Shown in pieces: positions 1-11,219 of a stretch of 64,000 nucleotides of DNA. The position numbers and the translations under genes were made by a program. The notes beneath the pieces were generated by a model. The model did not search any database. It was not told where the DNA came from and worked only from the letters and a program-made list of their open reading frames with translations. The DNA comes from Emiliania huxleyi CCMP1516. Lineage: Eukaryota. Where the stretch lies: assembly GCF_000372725.1 (NCBI RefSeq), contig NW_005201144.1:124001-188000 (forward strand), given 5' to 3'. Every line of letters starts with the position of its first letter. Position 1 is the stretch's first letter.

Positions 1-138
1 GTGCGCGTGCGCCGGGCCGTCACTTGATGGCAACTTGAGACGTAATGGTGCGCACAGTCTCAAGTTGCCGTTGTCTGTGCAGCTACTGGGGCCCAAGCAC
101 CACGCATCAGAGAGAGTGGCTCTATCTGTAGCCGTACC

Positions 139-1125
139 TCAGCCCAGCCCACCCGCCTCCCAAGCATGCTGTAGTTTGTGAGAGCCATGGTTGTCGCCTC
201 CACCAAAGATGTCAAACGGGCGGTCAGAGAGCCAGTCAGCCAAAAGCGGTGGTTCTAATGGCAGCGGCGGCTCCAAGGGTGGGTGCGACGGAGGCGAAAG
301 CGGCGATGGCGGCGGTTGCATGGGAGGGGACAAAGGCGGCGGCGGCGGCGAATAGTAGCGGCCAACGTCCACTATTGAGAGTGCGAAGGAGGGCCCGCTC
401 ACCTCGCCGCCGCCCCAGATTGGTATTCCGTGGTGGGGGTGCGTCTCTGGCAGCCGGCCCGCCGCGACCTCCGCCATGTCGTCCAGCCACGCCAGCTCCT
501 CCTCAGTGTGCACCCCTCCAAAGTCGACCCCTCCGGACAGCGCGAGGATGCGCGGGATCTCAAAGTGCAAGTGCATGTCGAGCGCGGTGACTTGCACGCT
601 GAGGCCAAGAAAGCGCAGCGCATCGAGGTTGGACAGGTCTAGCCGCGCCTAAAGTGACGAGCACAGTGACGCGTGCGGATTCGAGACTCCAAAACTGCAG
701 CCGAAGCGGCCAATGCCACCTCACGATCGAAGAGGAGCCGGCTGAGATTCAAGCGGAGCGTCACCTTGGCCTGCATGCACGGCAGGTTGGGTCAGCCTCG
801 CTCTGACGCGGCCCTCTCTCTTCTCGGTCCCGGGCGGAGCCTCGGCTCGCGCAGGCACGGTCAAGCGCTCTGCTGGGAGGCCGGTGATCAAGGCCTCGTT
901 CCTCGATACAAACGCCCCCGCCTCCATGTCCCACTGCTCCTCGCACGCCCAAGTGGCTAAGGTCTGGTTATCTTCCAGCCGTCCTGCCACATCCTGCAAC
1001 ACCTCTGCGGTGTGTGTGGACGTCGCCTGGCCGGGTACGCACCCGACCGAGAACGCGGACTTGACGTAGGCGCGTGTGTCGGCCTCAACGGTAATCGCAA
1101 GGTGTGTGGGGTGGACTGCTTTCAT
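139..1125 (-). CDS. Hypothetical multi-exon protein with proline-rich C-terminal region
   Basis: ORFs 721-1125 and 139-648 can be joined through a short exon (~770-720, AKVTLRLNLSRLLFDRE) flanked by plausible splice sites. No recognisable domain. Confidence 0.35.
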
Positions 1126-1215
1126 TTCGCTCTGCGTTCCTCGCACATGGATGGAGTGCGAGGTATCTCGACTGGTGTCTGTGAAGAGAGCGATATGCCA
1201 TGCATACATCATGTC

Positions 1216-1253
1216 GAGAGAGAGAATTCTCTCTCTCTCTCTCTCTCTCTCTC
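1216..1253. repeat. (GA)n/(CT)n microsatellite between divergent genes
   Basis: gagagagagaatt followed by about 12 CT units. Confidence 0.9.
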
Positions 1254-1309
1254 GCATACATCATGTCATTAGGCAGCGGAAAAAAAAACCCCGGGCCACG
1301 ACACAGGTG

Positions 1310-2624
1310 ATGGCCACCTTCTGGCCTCTCGCGGGCGGTAAGCGCGGTGCCTGCAGGACAGTGAATGCCGCGACGGGATCGTTGGACGAGTACTGGCGCG
1401 TGAGCGAAGCCGAGTGCCAGGCCATGTGCTTCGCCAGTCCGGAATGCATCGCGATCGATTACCATTTCCCTTACGAACGCTGCGAACTCCACAAGGAGCC
1501 CATACGGCACGTCCTCCCGATGGGTGAGCACGCCTGCCGCCTCAAACCCCCCAGATACGGCGGCGCGGTCACGGCGACCCTCAAAAACCTCAACTCGGAG
1601 ATGATTCGCCGGCCCGCGCCTCCCCTTCCGACGCCGCCGCCGTCGCCGCCGTCACTGCCGCCGCCGACGCCGCCGCCGTCGCGACCACCGTCGCCGCCGC
1701 CGCCACCTTCGCCGCCGCCGCCGCCGTCGCCGCCACCTTCGCCACCTCCGCCGCCGTCGCCGTCGCCGCCGCCGCCGCCGCCACCTCTGTCACCGTCGCC
1801 GTCGCCGCCGCCGCCGCCGCCACCTCCGCCGCCGTCGCCGTCGCCGCCGACGCCGTCCCCGCCGCCGCTTCCACCGCCGCCGTCGCGTCCGCCGAGTCCG
1901 CCTCCCAACCGCTGCCTCGAGGCGCAGCTCCTGCAGGCGCCCGCCGCCGACTTTGGGCCGTGCTCGCACCTGCGTCTCGCGGAGCTGCGGCGGCAGTCGC
2001 TCCGGGGTGCGTCCTTTGACGGCGTGGACATGCGCGGCGCGCTCCTGGACGGCGCCGATCTGCGCGGGGCGAGCATGCGCAGCGCAGTGATGGCGGGCGC
2101 GTCTGCCAGGGGCGCGCGGCTAGAAGGCGCCGTCATGGTGAGCTCGAGCCTCTCGCACGCCAACTTATCGCGCGCCAGCCTGCGCGGGGCCGACCTGACG
2201 ATGGCGGCGGGCGAAGGCGCGAGCTTCGAGGCCGCGGACCTCTCCGACGCCTCCCTGCTCGTGGCGACGCTGCGCCGCGGGCTGTGGGCGGGCGCGGACT
2301 TGCAGCGCGCCAAGCTCGCGCACGCGGACCTGTCGCACGGCGACTTCCGGTCCGCCGACTTCCGCGGCGCCGTCCTTACCGATGCGTCCTTCCGTTCGGC
2401 CAATGTGGAGGCGGCCGACTTTCGAGGTGCGATCCCATTCGCCGCCCACGCCCACCGACCTGCCCTCGCGACCTGCCCGCGCCCGTTACCCGCCCACTGC
2501 GCGCCCCTCTCGTCCGCCTCGCATGCGCGCAGGCGCCATCGACACGCACCGGGCGCACTGGGAGGGGGCGGTCGGCAGTCCGATCGGCATCGAGCTCGAC
2601 ATGTTCCTGCACGTCGGGCTCTGA
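1310..2624 (+). CDS. PAN/apple-like Cys domain + Pro/Ser-rich linker + pentapeptide-repeat protein
   Basis: ECQAMCFASPECIAIDY..CELH is PAN-like, followed by a long SPPPP tract and A(D/N)LxxA pentapeptide repeats. A GT-AG intron at 2427-2532 joins a last exon GAIDTHRAHWEG..VGL*. Confidence 0.75.
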
Positions 2625-2846
2625 CCGTGAAACTTTAAGAGACCCGTGCCGCCCGCCGCCCGGGGCGCGCTCCGTCCCTCCGGGGGCGGGAGAGGGGCTC
2701 CAGCGTTCCTGCAGCTTCTTTTCTGCACCTTGTCTCTGCGTGTGTGAATGCGAGGTTCTTGTTTCTTATCACCTCTATCTGCGAACAGGGCTCGCGCCTC
2801 AACCTCTCATAGACCAGCGCGCAGCCAGCGCGCAGCGCCATAAAAG

Positions 2847-3040
2847 CACTTGGCGAGCAACTCTTGGAGTGCCGTGCTGCAGTCACGATCAACCTCACAT
2901 CCAGGGCCGGGGAGCTAAGGAGCGCACCCAGCGGGCCGGATGATCGGTATCGGGTTACGGGCTAGAGAGCCCTAGCCCCGGGGGTGCGCGTTCGCAGGGA
3001 AAGGGCCGTAAAGTAAACACGGGTCTCCGAGGCTAGTTCC
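2847..3040 (-). mobile_element. Structured SINE-like family X, 5'-truncated copy
   Basis: Homologous to 5996-6248, 39284-39510 (opposite strand) and 47074-47135. Confidence 0.7.
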
Positions 3041-3094
3041 ATTTCACTCTGACACACGCTAATCTTGAAAACACTGGTTGGGTAGTAGTCTAAG

Positions 3095-4285
3095 GTAAGG
3101 TAAGGTAAGGTAAACGTCTCCACACACACAAAGTGGTGGGGCAAGGGGGGGCGACCCTCGCATCTCCACGCCCGGGACACGGGCAGGAGCCCCACGGCAT
3201 TCAAAGTGCAAGCACCGGCCCGGTGCCGTGGGTGAGCAACCTGCACCCCACTCCTACTCCTATAACACAACCCCCACAGCGTGGTCGTCTACGTGTTCAG
3301 AAACACCAGCGAGGCGAGGGTGAAGGGGTAAGGGGCTGTGTGGGGCTATCTGTGACCATCTAGCCTGGGGGGTAGCAGGAGGGGGGGGCAGAGGGTAAGA
3401 TATGGGTGAGGCCAGCTACAAGTCGGACGCCCTCCCGTCGTCGGAATAATCCTCGGAGCGGTCAGCGTCCTCGTCGTCGTCCTCGGTCTGCATCGCGTCG
3501 CCAGCCGTGAACCTGAACACGGCGTCGGCCGGCGCCGAGGCGCCGGCGGCCGTCATCAGGTGCATGACTATGCGGTCGCGGTATGCCGCATCGATCTCTC
3601 CGTGCTCGGCCAGCTCGTTCGCGAGCCAGTCCGAGGCGACGGTCGTCGCCACGGTCCCCTGGGGAACTGTGGCGTACACCTTGCTGGGGCCGCGTCGATA
3701 CCCGTCGTCCCTCTCCGGGGGCAGCGAGTATTCGACCCCCATTTTGGACCCGGCCTGGCTGCGCGCCTGCGCAGCTGCAGACCGCAGCCCGGCCATCACG
3801 TACTGGATGTTCTCGCGCAGCTGCGCCCGCGGGGCCTCCGCGCGCTCGGCCTCGCTCGCGGCGCGCTCGCCAGCCTCCGTCGCCCGGCGCGCCTTCTGCC
3901 GGTCCTTCTTGGCCTTGCGTGCCGCGGCTCGAGCCGCGAGCTGCTCCTTGGTGGGCTCCTTCTTCTTCGGCGCGGTGCGCTCGATGTACGAGCGCTCCGC
4001 CGCCTGCACCGACTCGCGGTCGCCCGCGGCCTTCTCGTGCTTCAGGTCGACCTCGATGGTCGCGTAGCCAGGCCTTATCACCCTGACACAAGACGCACCG
4101 AACAGCCTTGCGACACTCACCGCGTCCTCCAGTTGCGCGCGATCGGAGCTATTCCAGCGTCCGCTGCGCATCCCCGGCGGCACGACGGTGGCCGGCGCTT
4201 GCGCGCCAGCCCCGTCCGCCGCCGGGTCCGCGGCCGCGGTCCCTGTCATAGCTACGCGCGCCATGGAGAACGGCGGGCACTTGGG
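3095..4285 (-). mobile_element. ORF1-only non-LTR retroelement with (CCTTA)n tail
   Basis: 10-bp TSD GTAGTCTAAG at 3085-3094 and 4286-4295, (CCTTA)n tail, and a 3' end matching a second copy at 20283-20410. Confidence 0.7.
3416..4264 (-). CDS. ORF of retroelement (putative ORF1-like basic/coiled-coil protein, 282 aa)
   Basis: Intact ORF whose ATG lies 21 nt inside the TSD-defined 5' end. K/R/A-rich helical middle region; no RT motifs. Confidence 0.55.
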   Translation of the reverse strand: MARVAMTGTAAADPAADGAGAQAPATVVPPGMRSGRWNSSDRAQLEDAVSVARLFGASCVRVIRPGYATIEVDLKHEKAAGDRESVQAAERSYIERTAPKKKEPTKEQLAARAAARKAKKDRQKARRATEAGERAASEAERAEAPRAQLRENIQYVMAGLRSAAAQARSQAGSKMGVEYSLPPERDDGYRRGPSKVYATVPQGTVATTVASDWLANELAEHGEIDAAYRDRIVMHLMTAAGASAPADAVFRFTAGDAMQTEDDDEDADRSEDYSDDGRASDL

Positions 4286-5618
4286 GTAGTCTAAGTTCTG
4301 AGCCTCGAGGCTGAGCGGGTCTAAGTGTGCCATGGCACGCTGGGGTGCTTGCGCGGTCTAAGATCAGCGGGAGCCTCTTACATCGGCTAAGTCGGCCGTG
4401 GCACGGCCTGGGGCCAGGAGGCTCCCACCGTGATCAACGATACGGCGCAGCCCCCAAATTTTCTTCGCCTGCGGCGGGCGATCGATCCTCTTCATGCTTA
4501 GCAATCGCCGCTTCAGCATCCTCCTCTTCCGACTTTCGTTGCTGCTCCTTCATTCTTGAGCGACGTCTAGCCAAACAGTTCTCACATGACACGAAGCTCC
4601 TCAAGCTTAATCAAATGCGTGACGGTGAAGGCGTGAAGCCTGTGTGTGCTGGTCCTCTTTGAACGATCCGCGCGTGAGGTAGCATAGGGCCTTGTTGGCA
4701 GCAGCCAGCTTGTTGCTCTGCTTCGTTGCGATGAGCTGATTGGGATCGCAGAAGTGCATGCTTGAGTAGGCGTTGGGTGCCGTGAGTAGCGCACTGGCCC
4801 TGGGAGAAGGCGATATGGCGTCGTGCGCGGCATACGTTGGTCGGGACGCGTCCAGGTATTTTTCGGGTAAACCTGGACTTTTGCAGGTATACCCGGGTTT
4901 TACCCGAGTTGGCCTTGTGTCGTCTAAGTTCATGGCCCCCGACCATCAGCGTCTGAGTCTGAGCCCGGCTCCGTGCGGGGGCTAAGTTGAGCGCTCGCTC
5001 GCTGCAGAGGCTAAGTGTAGAGCGACCCTCTAGCCCTACTACCCAACCATTTTGAAAACGTCCAACGGAGCTCCGTGTTGCTCCCAGCGCCCTCCCCCGC
5101 GCTTCCTGCGGCCCTAGCCGATGGTACTAGCATGGGAGGTCATCTGGCTACCGCGAGAGCGACCCAACTCGTCGACATCGTCCGATGATGGTGCCTCAAA
5201 GTCAGCCTTCGGAGGCTATCGTGGGGTCGAGCCGGCAGTAGTACTCCCAGTAGCCGTGACATGTGGTTCCACCATCCCTCGTAGGCTTTGCCTCTGACCG
5301 TCACCGTTCCCAGGCTGCCTAATGGGATGGAAAGAAAGGCTCGGCGAGCGTATAGAAGCGTGCTCGACCTCGTCGTGGCAACCTGTACGGCAGCGCTAAA
5401 AAGGCGCGATGAGCGTCGTGCCACCTGACCCGAGACGGGTCGCAGGCGTCGTACCGAGCGCGTCGAGACCGTGTCCTGATGTGATCTGCACGGGTGAGTC
5501 ACGTCGGCGTCAAAGGAGCGACGTGTGACCTGTCAGAGCTTGATCTCCGATCTCAGCGGCGTCGAGTCGTCTCCGGTGCGCAACAAATGTACCTCCCCAG
5601 GACGCGCAGAGGCAGCTG

Positions 5619-5718
5619 NNNNNNNNNNNNNNNNNNNNNNNNNNNNNNNNNNNNNNNNNNNNNNNNNNNNNNNNNNNNNNNNNNNNNNNNNNNNNNNNNN
5701 NNNNNNNNNNNNNNNNNN
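5619..5718. other. Assembly gap (100 N)
   Basis: Run of N. Confidence 1.
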
Positions 5719-5995
5719 AAGGGTCCTAGAACTTAGCAAAGTGGAAGAGATAAACCAGAATATTTGGGTAAAAAACATACAGGTGAGACAGTGGTATCGA
5801 GAAGAAATGAAAGATAATAAAAAGACATATGAGACCTAAAGATTAGAAATCTATAAGATATAAAAAGAGGATGGCGTAACAAAATTAAAACGATGAAATA
5901 AACGAGAACGAGAATAACAGCCTAAATGGGCAAAAAAAGGCATTAGGACGGCCAAAGGGAGATGACGACACAGCTGCCTCTGGAAGGCACCGAGA

Positions 5996-6322
5996 GCACT
6001 TGGAGCGCTTGGAGTGCGGTCATCAACCTCACGTGCAGGAAAAAAGAAAAGAAAGAAGGAAAACGGACAACCCAAGGGGGTGAGCTGAGAAGCGCATCCA
6101 GCGGGCCGGATGATTGGCATCGGGTTGCGGGCAAGAAAGCCCTAGCCCTGGGGGTGCGCGTTCGCAGGGCCATAACACGGGTCTCCGAGGGTTAGTTCCG
6201 CGCTCCGGGTTTCCCCTAGCAGCAGAACGCCCCCTCTACTCGGAGCTAAAGAATACTCTCCGAGGGTTAGTCCGCGCTCCAGGTTTCCCCTAGCAGCGGA
6301 GCGCCCCCTCTACTCGGAGCTA
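5996..6322 (-). mobile_element. SINE-like family X, full-length copy with tandem duplication of its 5' head (6258-6322)
   Basis: Aligns by eye with the reverse complement of 39284-39510. The head CTCCGAG...CTCGGAGCTA is present twice, and a small TTTC-family fragment sits at ~6040-6075. Confidence 0.75.
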
Positions 6323-7074
6323 GTGGACACGACACTAACTACTGATACGAGAATACATACCGCCCCCACGCAACTACTCGAAGATAATACGAGAATACGC
6401 AGCTGCGAGACGCCTATAAAGAAACAGCGAGGTAAAGTTCGGCGGCTATGATAAACCGAAAGTTGTCGTAAAACGCGGGCGAAAGCAAAGCAGAGGGCGG
6501 GCGCTTTCTGCCGCAGCGATGCCCGCAGCCTGTCGAGCAGCTTCCGCGGCGCACATGCGCCGCGGGGTTGAACGACAGCCGCGCCTCTCGAGCCACCCGT
6601 GCCACGCGCGGCGACGCGCACCCTGCGCGCCAGTCGGCGCACTGGCAGTGCTGCACCAGCCAGCACGGCGTGGAGCAATGCATCCAGGGCATTGTGTTGG
6701 GCGCCAGCCAGCATGCCTCAGCACAGAGCAAGAGCGCATGCTGCGCACCCTGGCGCAGCACCAGCTCGCCTCCAATCAGGCACTCTCACCACTGCACAGC
6801 CGCCCACGAGCGCCCGCAGCTGCACTGCTCCACGCTCAAGCTCAGGAGCCTCCCCTTGTTGTCGCAGCTTTGTGCAGTGCAGCGTGCGAGCAGCGCAGCG
6901 CCAGGCAGACCCGTGGCACGCCCGGGCGGCTGTGGGACGGAGGCCCGCCGAGCGAGTGCGAGCCGCATCGGCGGCCATGTCTCCCGCAGCCGCGAGCGAG
7001 CAGTGCAAAGAGGCAGCGTCGCGCATGCTTTTCCGTAACGATCTGCAGTCCGGGTATTTCTTTTCTTTTTTACG

Positions 7075-8532
7075 ATGTCCGACACCGCGCCGCTCCCGCC
7101 GCCTCGCCACAGCGCCGCCGCCGCCACCGCAGCCGATCCCTCGCCAGACACGCCGCCGCCCACCCGCCTCCTCGACCTCCCCACGGAGCTCCTCGAGCGC
7201 GTCCTCTCTCGCTGCCACAGCCCCGCTGACATCGCTCGCGTCGCAGCCGTCTCGCTGCTCTTCCACGCCTCGCTTGCGGTGGAGGCCATCCGCTTGTGGG
7301 CGCAAGAGCGCGGCTTCGAGCTGCCGGCGCAGCCAGAGGGCGAGGTCTGCGCCGTGCGGTGGCTGTGCTTCTATGCCTTGCTGCGCGAGTCCAACCCGCC
7401 GGCGAGGGCGGCGGCAGGCGATCGGCACAGCGTCTTCATCGACGGCGAGGGGCGGCTCTCGTCGTGCGGCTCGGCTTTGGAAGGCGCGGAGGACGACGAG
7501 GACGAGGACGAGGAGTTACTTCCAGGCCTCCTTGGCCACGGCGAGGGCGTGCTGCGGCTCAACACGCCGACCCGCCTCCCGTCCACGCTGGGCGGCGAGC
7601 GCGCCGTGAGTGTGTCGGCCGGAGACGCGCACAGCTTGGCCCTCACCGCCGGCGGCGCTGTCTGGAGCTGGGGCAGTGGAGGCTTTGGCGAGCTGGGCCA
7701 CGGCGACCAGCAGAACCAGCTGCTGCCCAAGCAGGTCGAGGCCTTAGCTGGCCAGCACGTCGTCGCTGTCTCGGGAGAAAGTCACAGCCTCGCCCTCACC
7801 GCCGACGGTGCCGTCTGGAGCTGGGGCTTTGGGCGCTATGGCAAGCTGGGCCACGGCGACGAGCAACAACAGCTGCTGCCCACGAAGATCGAGGGCTTTG
7901 CTGGCCAGCGCGTCGTCGCTGTGTCGGCTAAGTCATTCCACAACCTCGCCATCACCGCGGACGGCGCTATCTGGAGCTGGGGCAATGGAGGCGCCGAGCT
8001 CGGGCACGGCAACACGCAGAACCAGCTGCTGCCCAAGAAGATCGAAGCTTTGGCGGGGCAGCGCGTTGTCGCTGTGTCGACTGGAGCCAACCACAGCCTC
8101 GCCCTCACCGCCAACGGCGCTGTCTGGAGCTGGGGGCGTGGACGCGAAGGCCAGTTGGGCCACAGCAACCAGCAGCAACAGCTACTGCCGAAGAAGATCG
8201 AGGCCTTGGTGGGGCGGCGCGTGATCGCTGTGTCGGCTGGACACGCGCACAACCTCGCCCTCGCCGCCGACGGTGCCGCCTGGAGCTGGGGCTATGGAAG
8301 CTATGGCAAGCTGGGCCACGGCAACCTGCAGCTCCAGCTGCCGAAGAAGATCGAAGCCTTGGCGGGGCAGCGCGTCGTCGCTGTGTCGGCTGGAGGTCTG
8401 CACAGCCTCGCCATCACCGCCGACGGCAGCTTCTGGAGCTGGGGCCTTGGAGCCTCTGGCCAGTTGGGCCACGGCGACGAGAAGATCCAGCGGCTGCCCA
8501 AGAAGATCGAGGTGTGGGCCCCGGGGCAGTGA
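7075..8532 (+). CDS. F-box + RCC1-repeat (beta-propeller) protein
   Basis: LLDLPTELLERVLSR F-box followed by 6-7 HSLALTADGAVWSWG..GQLGHG repeats. Intronless, 485 aa. Confidence 0.9.
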   Translation: MSDTAPLPPPRHSAAAATAADPSPDTPPPTRLLDLPTELLERVLSRCHSPADIARVAAVSLLFHASLAVEAIRLWAQERGFELPAQPEGEVCAVRWLCFYALLRESNPPARAAAGDRHSVFIDGEGRLSSCGSALEGAEDDEDEDEELLPGLLGHGEGVLRLNTPTRLPSTLGGERAVSVSAGDAHSLALTAGGAVWSWGSGGFGELGHGDQQNQLLPKQVEALAGQHVVAVSGESHSLALTADGAVWSWGFGRYGKLGHGDEQQQLLPTKIEGFAGQRVVAVSAKSFHNLAITADGAIWSWGNGGAELGHGNTQNQLLPKKIEALAGQRVVAVSTGANHSLALTANGAVWSWGRGREGQLGHSNQQQQLLPKKIEALVGRRVIAVSAGHAHNLALAADGAAWSWGYGSYGKLGHGNLQLQLPKKIEALAGQRVVAVSAGGLHSLAITADGSFWSWGLGASGQLGHGDEKIQRLPKKIEVWAPGQ

Positions 8533-8728
8533 TGAGAAGGGAGAAAGGGTGCAAGGCTCTGTGTAGCCGCGTCGCCCACGTGCCTGTTCGCCACCTACGA
8601 ACGTATCCGAGAGTGGCGAGGCGAATCCGGGACGGGAGAGATTTATGCATGGTCCACTGTCTCCTGGCACCTCTCCCCTCTTTTTGCGGTGTGCCGATGT
8701 GTGAGCTAGTAACTTGCAGTTATTATCA

Positions 8729-8848
8729 GAAAGAAAGAAAGAAAGAAAACGGACAACCCAAGGGAGGGATGGGAGGACGGCACGCCGCCACCACACAGGG
8801 ATTTTAAGGAGAGGGGTGTGATGCGCTAGCCCTCGCCCACCCTTGGGC
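8729..8848 (-). mobile_element. Short retroposed 3' end with (TTTC)n tail (TTTC family)
   Basis: GACAACCCAAGGGAGGGATGGGAGGACGGCACGCCGCCACCACACAGGGATTTTAAGG is shared with 17983-18062 and 43751-43856. Flanked by GTTATTATCA repeats. Confidence 0.75.
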
Positions 8849-8858
8849 GTTATTATCA

Positions 8859-8916
8859 AAGAAAGAAAGAAAGAAAACAGACAACCCAAGGGAGGGATGG
8901 GAGGACGGCACGCCGC
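8859..8916 (-). mobile_element. Second, shorter TTTC-family 3' end
   Basis: Same sequence with more 5' truncation, flanked by CGTTATTATCAA. Confidence 0.7.
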
Positions 8917-9433
8917 CGTTATTATCAATAAATAAATAAATACAACGGACACGCCAAACGAGGGGTGGGAGAAGGACAGGGTCCCCACCTGCACAAGCAG
9001 GATCTTGTAGGACGATCAGGGACACAGGGGAACGGGAGCGGGGAGCGCATCGCGACACGGCGGGGGGCTGGGCAGGGGGTTCACCCTCACGACAGGAATC
9101 CCATCTCTCGTATAGGACAGGTTGCACCCGGCGGCACGGGGGCAAGCGCGGGCCTCCTACTGGTTGCGCTCTCCTAGTTCTCCTGCTCCTGACAAGGGAC
9201 AGCGACAGGCTCGCAGCACGGTGGACTCCCTATCCACTGGCGATCTCTCTCGACTAGCGACCTTCCTCCGACGTCTCACCGGCAGTCTCTTCTACCACAG
9301 GCAGACTGACACGTGGGTGGCAGTGGCGGTGATAGGAGTCTCCCACTCTGTGGGCCTCGCTAGAAGTGCGACCCCTGCGCGTGTCCTCGCCCTTGAGGAA
9401 GGGGAAGGGGCTGTGTGTCTGTGCATGTGTACA

Positions 9434-9552
<119 letters not shown>

Positions 9553-9660
9553 CGCTCGCTCGCTCGCGCGCGCGCGTGCGCGGTCGCGCGCGCGCTGCGC
9601 GAGCCGCCCTGCCCGCTGCGCTGCTAGGGTTGCGCTGCGGGAAGGGCTCGGCGGCCGTTC

Positions 9661-11082
9661 CTAGAAATCCTCGTCGCTCCCCTCGTAGAGGGAGGGCTCG
9701 TTGGACTCGAGGAGTGGGCCGCCGTCGGAGGAGGAGCGGGCGGCTCCGCGGGCGACGCTCGCCCAGTTCTTCTTGTTGCTCTTGACCTCGCCGCCGCCGC
9801 CGCCGCCGCCGCGGCCGCCGCGCCCGCGCCGCCCGCGGCTTGTGCCCAGCCTGACCGCGCTCGGCATGCGCTCGTAGATAGTGTCCTTGAAGGCGGAGTG
9901 GAGGAGCGCCTCGAAGTTGACGCACGGCGCGTAGCGGCAGCGAGCGGCGGTCTTGCACGGGATGGCGGTCTGGTTGAAGGCCGGGCAGAAGCCGATCCCG
10001 TCGCGCACCGCCATCGCCTTGGCCTTGCCCGCCGCGCGCGCGACCTCGACCCTGTTGTCGACGATGAGGCTCTCGAAGGTCTTCTTCTTGGCGACGTTCG
10101 CCGCTGCGGCGCGCCTCTCCTTGAGCGCCTGCGCGCCGCACTGCGCGTCGTGGATGATGTCGGCGCTCGTCGTCGCAAAGGCGCGGCACGATGGGCAAAG
10201 CTTGTTCCCGAGCACCTTCACACTCCCGACGTCGAGGCGGAGGGGTCCGCCGACATCGCCGCTCGCGTAGACGTTGGGCAGGACAGGGAGGTTGCAGACG
10301 AGGTTCTCGTTCTTCACCTTGAAGAGGATCGAGCCGTCCTTCTCGTCCGACTTCGTGCCGAGGAAGGAGTGGTATCCCTCCTGGATGGAGACCACGTTGC
10401 CGAAGTGCTTCTCCAAGAGGGGGGCGAAGTGCTCGATCTGGGCCGCGGTGTTGATGGCGCCGCGCGTGCGTATGGCGAGGAGGCCGTCGGAGTCGATGGT
10501 CGCCTGGGTCTCGCGCGCCTCCGCCTGCTTGCCCCACACGGTGGCGTCGAGAGCGGCGAAGGTGATGGTGATGTTGTCTGGCGCTGGGAGCTGTAGGACG
10601 CCACCGCCGGCGTACTGCTCGAGGAAGGCACGTGCCTCGCTCTCGCCGCTGAAGGCGACGCAGATGGCGCGCGACGTGCCGATGACGGGCACGCTGATCG
10701 CGCTCGCCGGCTGCGCCTCGCAGCCTGGCGTCTTCCTCAGAAGCTGTCGAATCTCGGTGACGAGCGCCGTCGTGTTCTGGATGTCCGGGATGTGCGAGCC
10801 GTCGCGCGCCGCGAGCGCGACGTGCAGCAGGCGCTTCGTGCCGCGGTCGGTGCCGGCGGCCGCCGCAGCGGCCATCTGTGCGGCGTCCACCATAATGGTG
10901 TCGCCTTCTTTGGCGTCGTCGTCGTTGACGCGCGCGCTCGCGAGCTCGCCGTCGAGGCGGCGCTTCACGCCGAGTCTCTGGCCATCATCGGCCTCTTGCG
11001 CGCCGTCGCGGCCGCGCGCCGCGCCCTCGGCAGCGGCAGCGTTGAGCGCCGGCGGCGGCAGGCCGGCCGAAGCGAACGCCAT
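9661..11082 (-). CDS. LINE ORF1-like nucleic-acid-binding protein (473 aa) with Cys/His fingers and RGG tail
   Basis: CPSC..H..C and CPAFNQTAIPCKTAARCRYAPC motifs, C-terminal RGRRGRGGRGGG. ATG lies 29 nt from the element's 5' end. Confidence 0.65.
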   Translation of the reverse strand: MAFASAGLPPPALNAAAAEGAARGRDGAQEADDGQRLGVKRRLDGELASARVNDDDAKEGDTIMVDAAQMAAAAAAGTDRGTKRLLHVALAARDGSHIPDIQNTTALVTEIRQLLRKTPGCEAQPASAISVPVIGTSRAICVAFSGESEARAFLEQYAGGGVLQLPAPDNITITFAALDATVWGKQAEARETQATIDSDGLLAIRTRGAINTAAQIEHFAPLLEKHFGNVVSIQEGYHSFLGTKSDEKDGSILFKVKNENLVCNLPVLPNVYASGDVGGPLRLDVGSVKVLGNKLCPSCRAFATTSADIIHDAQCGAQALKERRAAAANVAKKKTFESLIVDNRVEVARAAGKAKAMAVRDGIGFCPAFNQTAIPCKTAARCRYAPCVNFEALLHSAFKDTIYERMPSAVRLGTSRGRRGRGGRGGGGGGGEVKSNKKNWASVARGAARSSSDGGPLLESNEPSLYEGSDEDF

Positions 11083-11219
11083 TCAAGTGAAGCGCCGTTC
11101 AAGAAGCGTCTCGTTATTATCAACCGCACTCGCGAATTCGATAAAATTCTTTTCGCACACCCAAAGGAGCGAAACATCGCTCGCGCGACTTGCCTCACCG
11201 CGCTGCTTCACCGCCACGC

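Larger units (their letters stand above)
3075..5049. mobile_element. Non-autonomous TIR DNA transposon (hAT-like), interrupted by a retroelement
   Basis: 14-bp TIR TGGTTGGGTAGTAG (3075-3088) / CTACTACCCAACCA (5036-5049). TTGAAAAC direct repeat lies near both ends, and CTAAG motifs cluster subterminally. Confidence 0.55.

Noticed and set aside
27..71. 13-bp stem hairpin as a terminator or ncRNA
   Set aside because: It is a real inverted repeat, but there is no U-tract, the context is eukaryotic and it lies at the window edge, so function cannot be supported.
4660..4800. hAT transposase dimerisation-domain remnant (LIATKQSNKL, minus strand)
   Set aside because: The resemblance is too short and degenerate to call without a profile search.
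5719..5945. AT-rich island suggesting foreign DNA
   Set aside because: It lies immediately after an assembly gap and is A-biased with no coding signal, so it is likely low-quality contig-end sequence.
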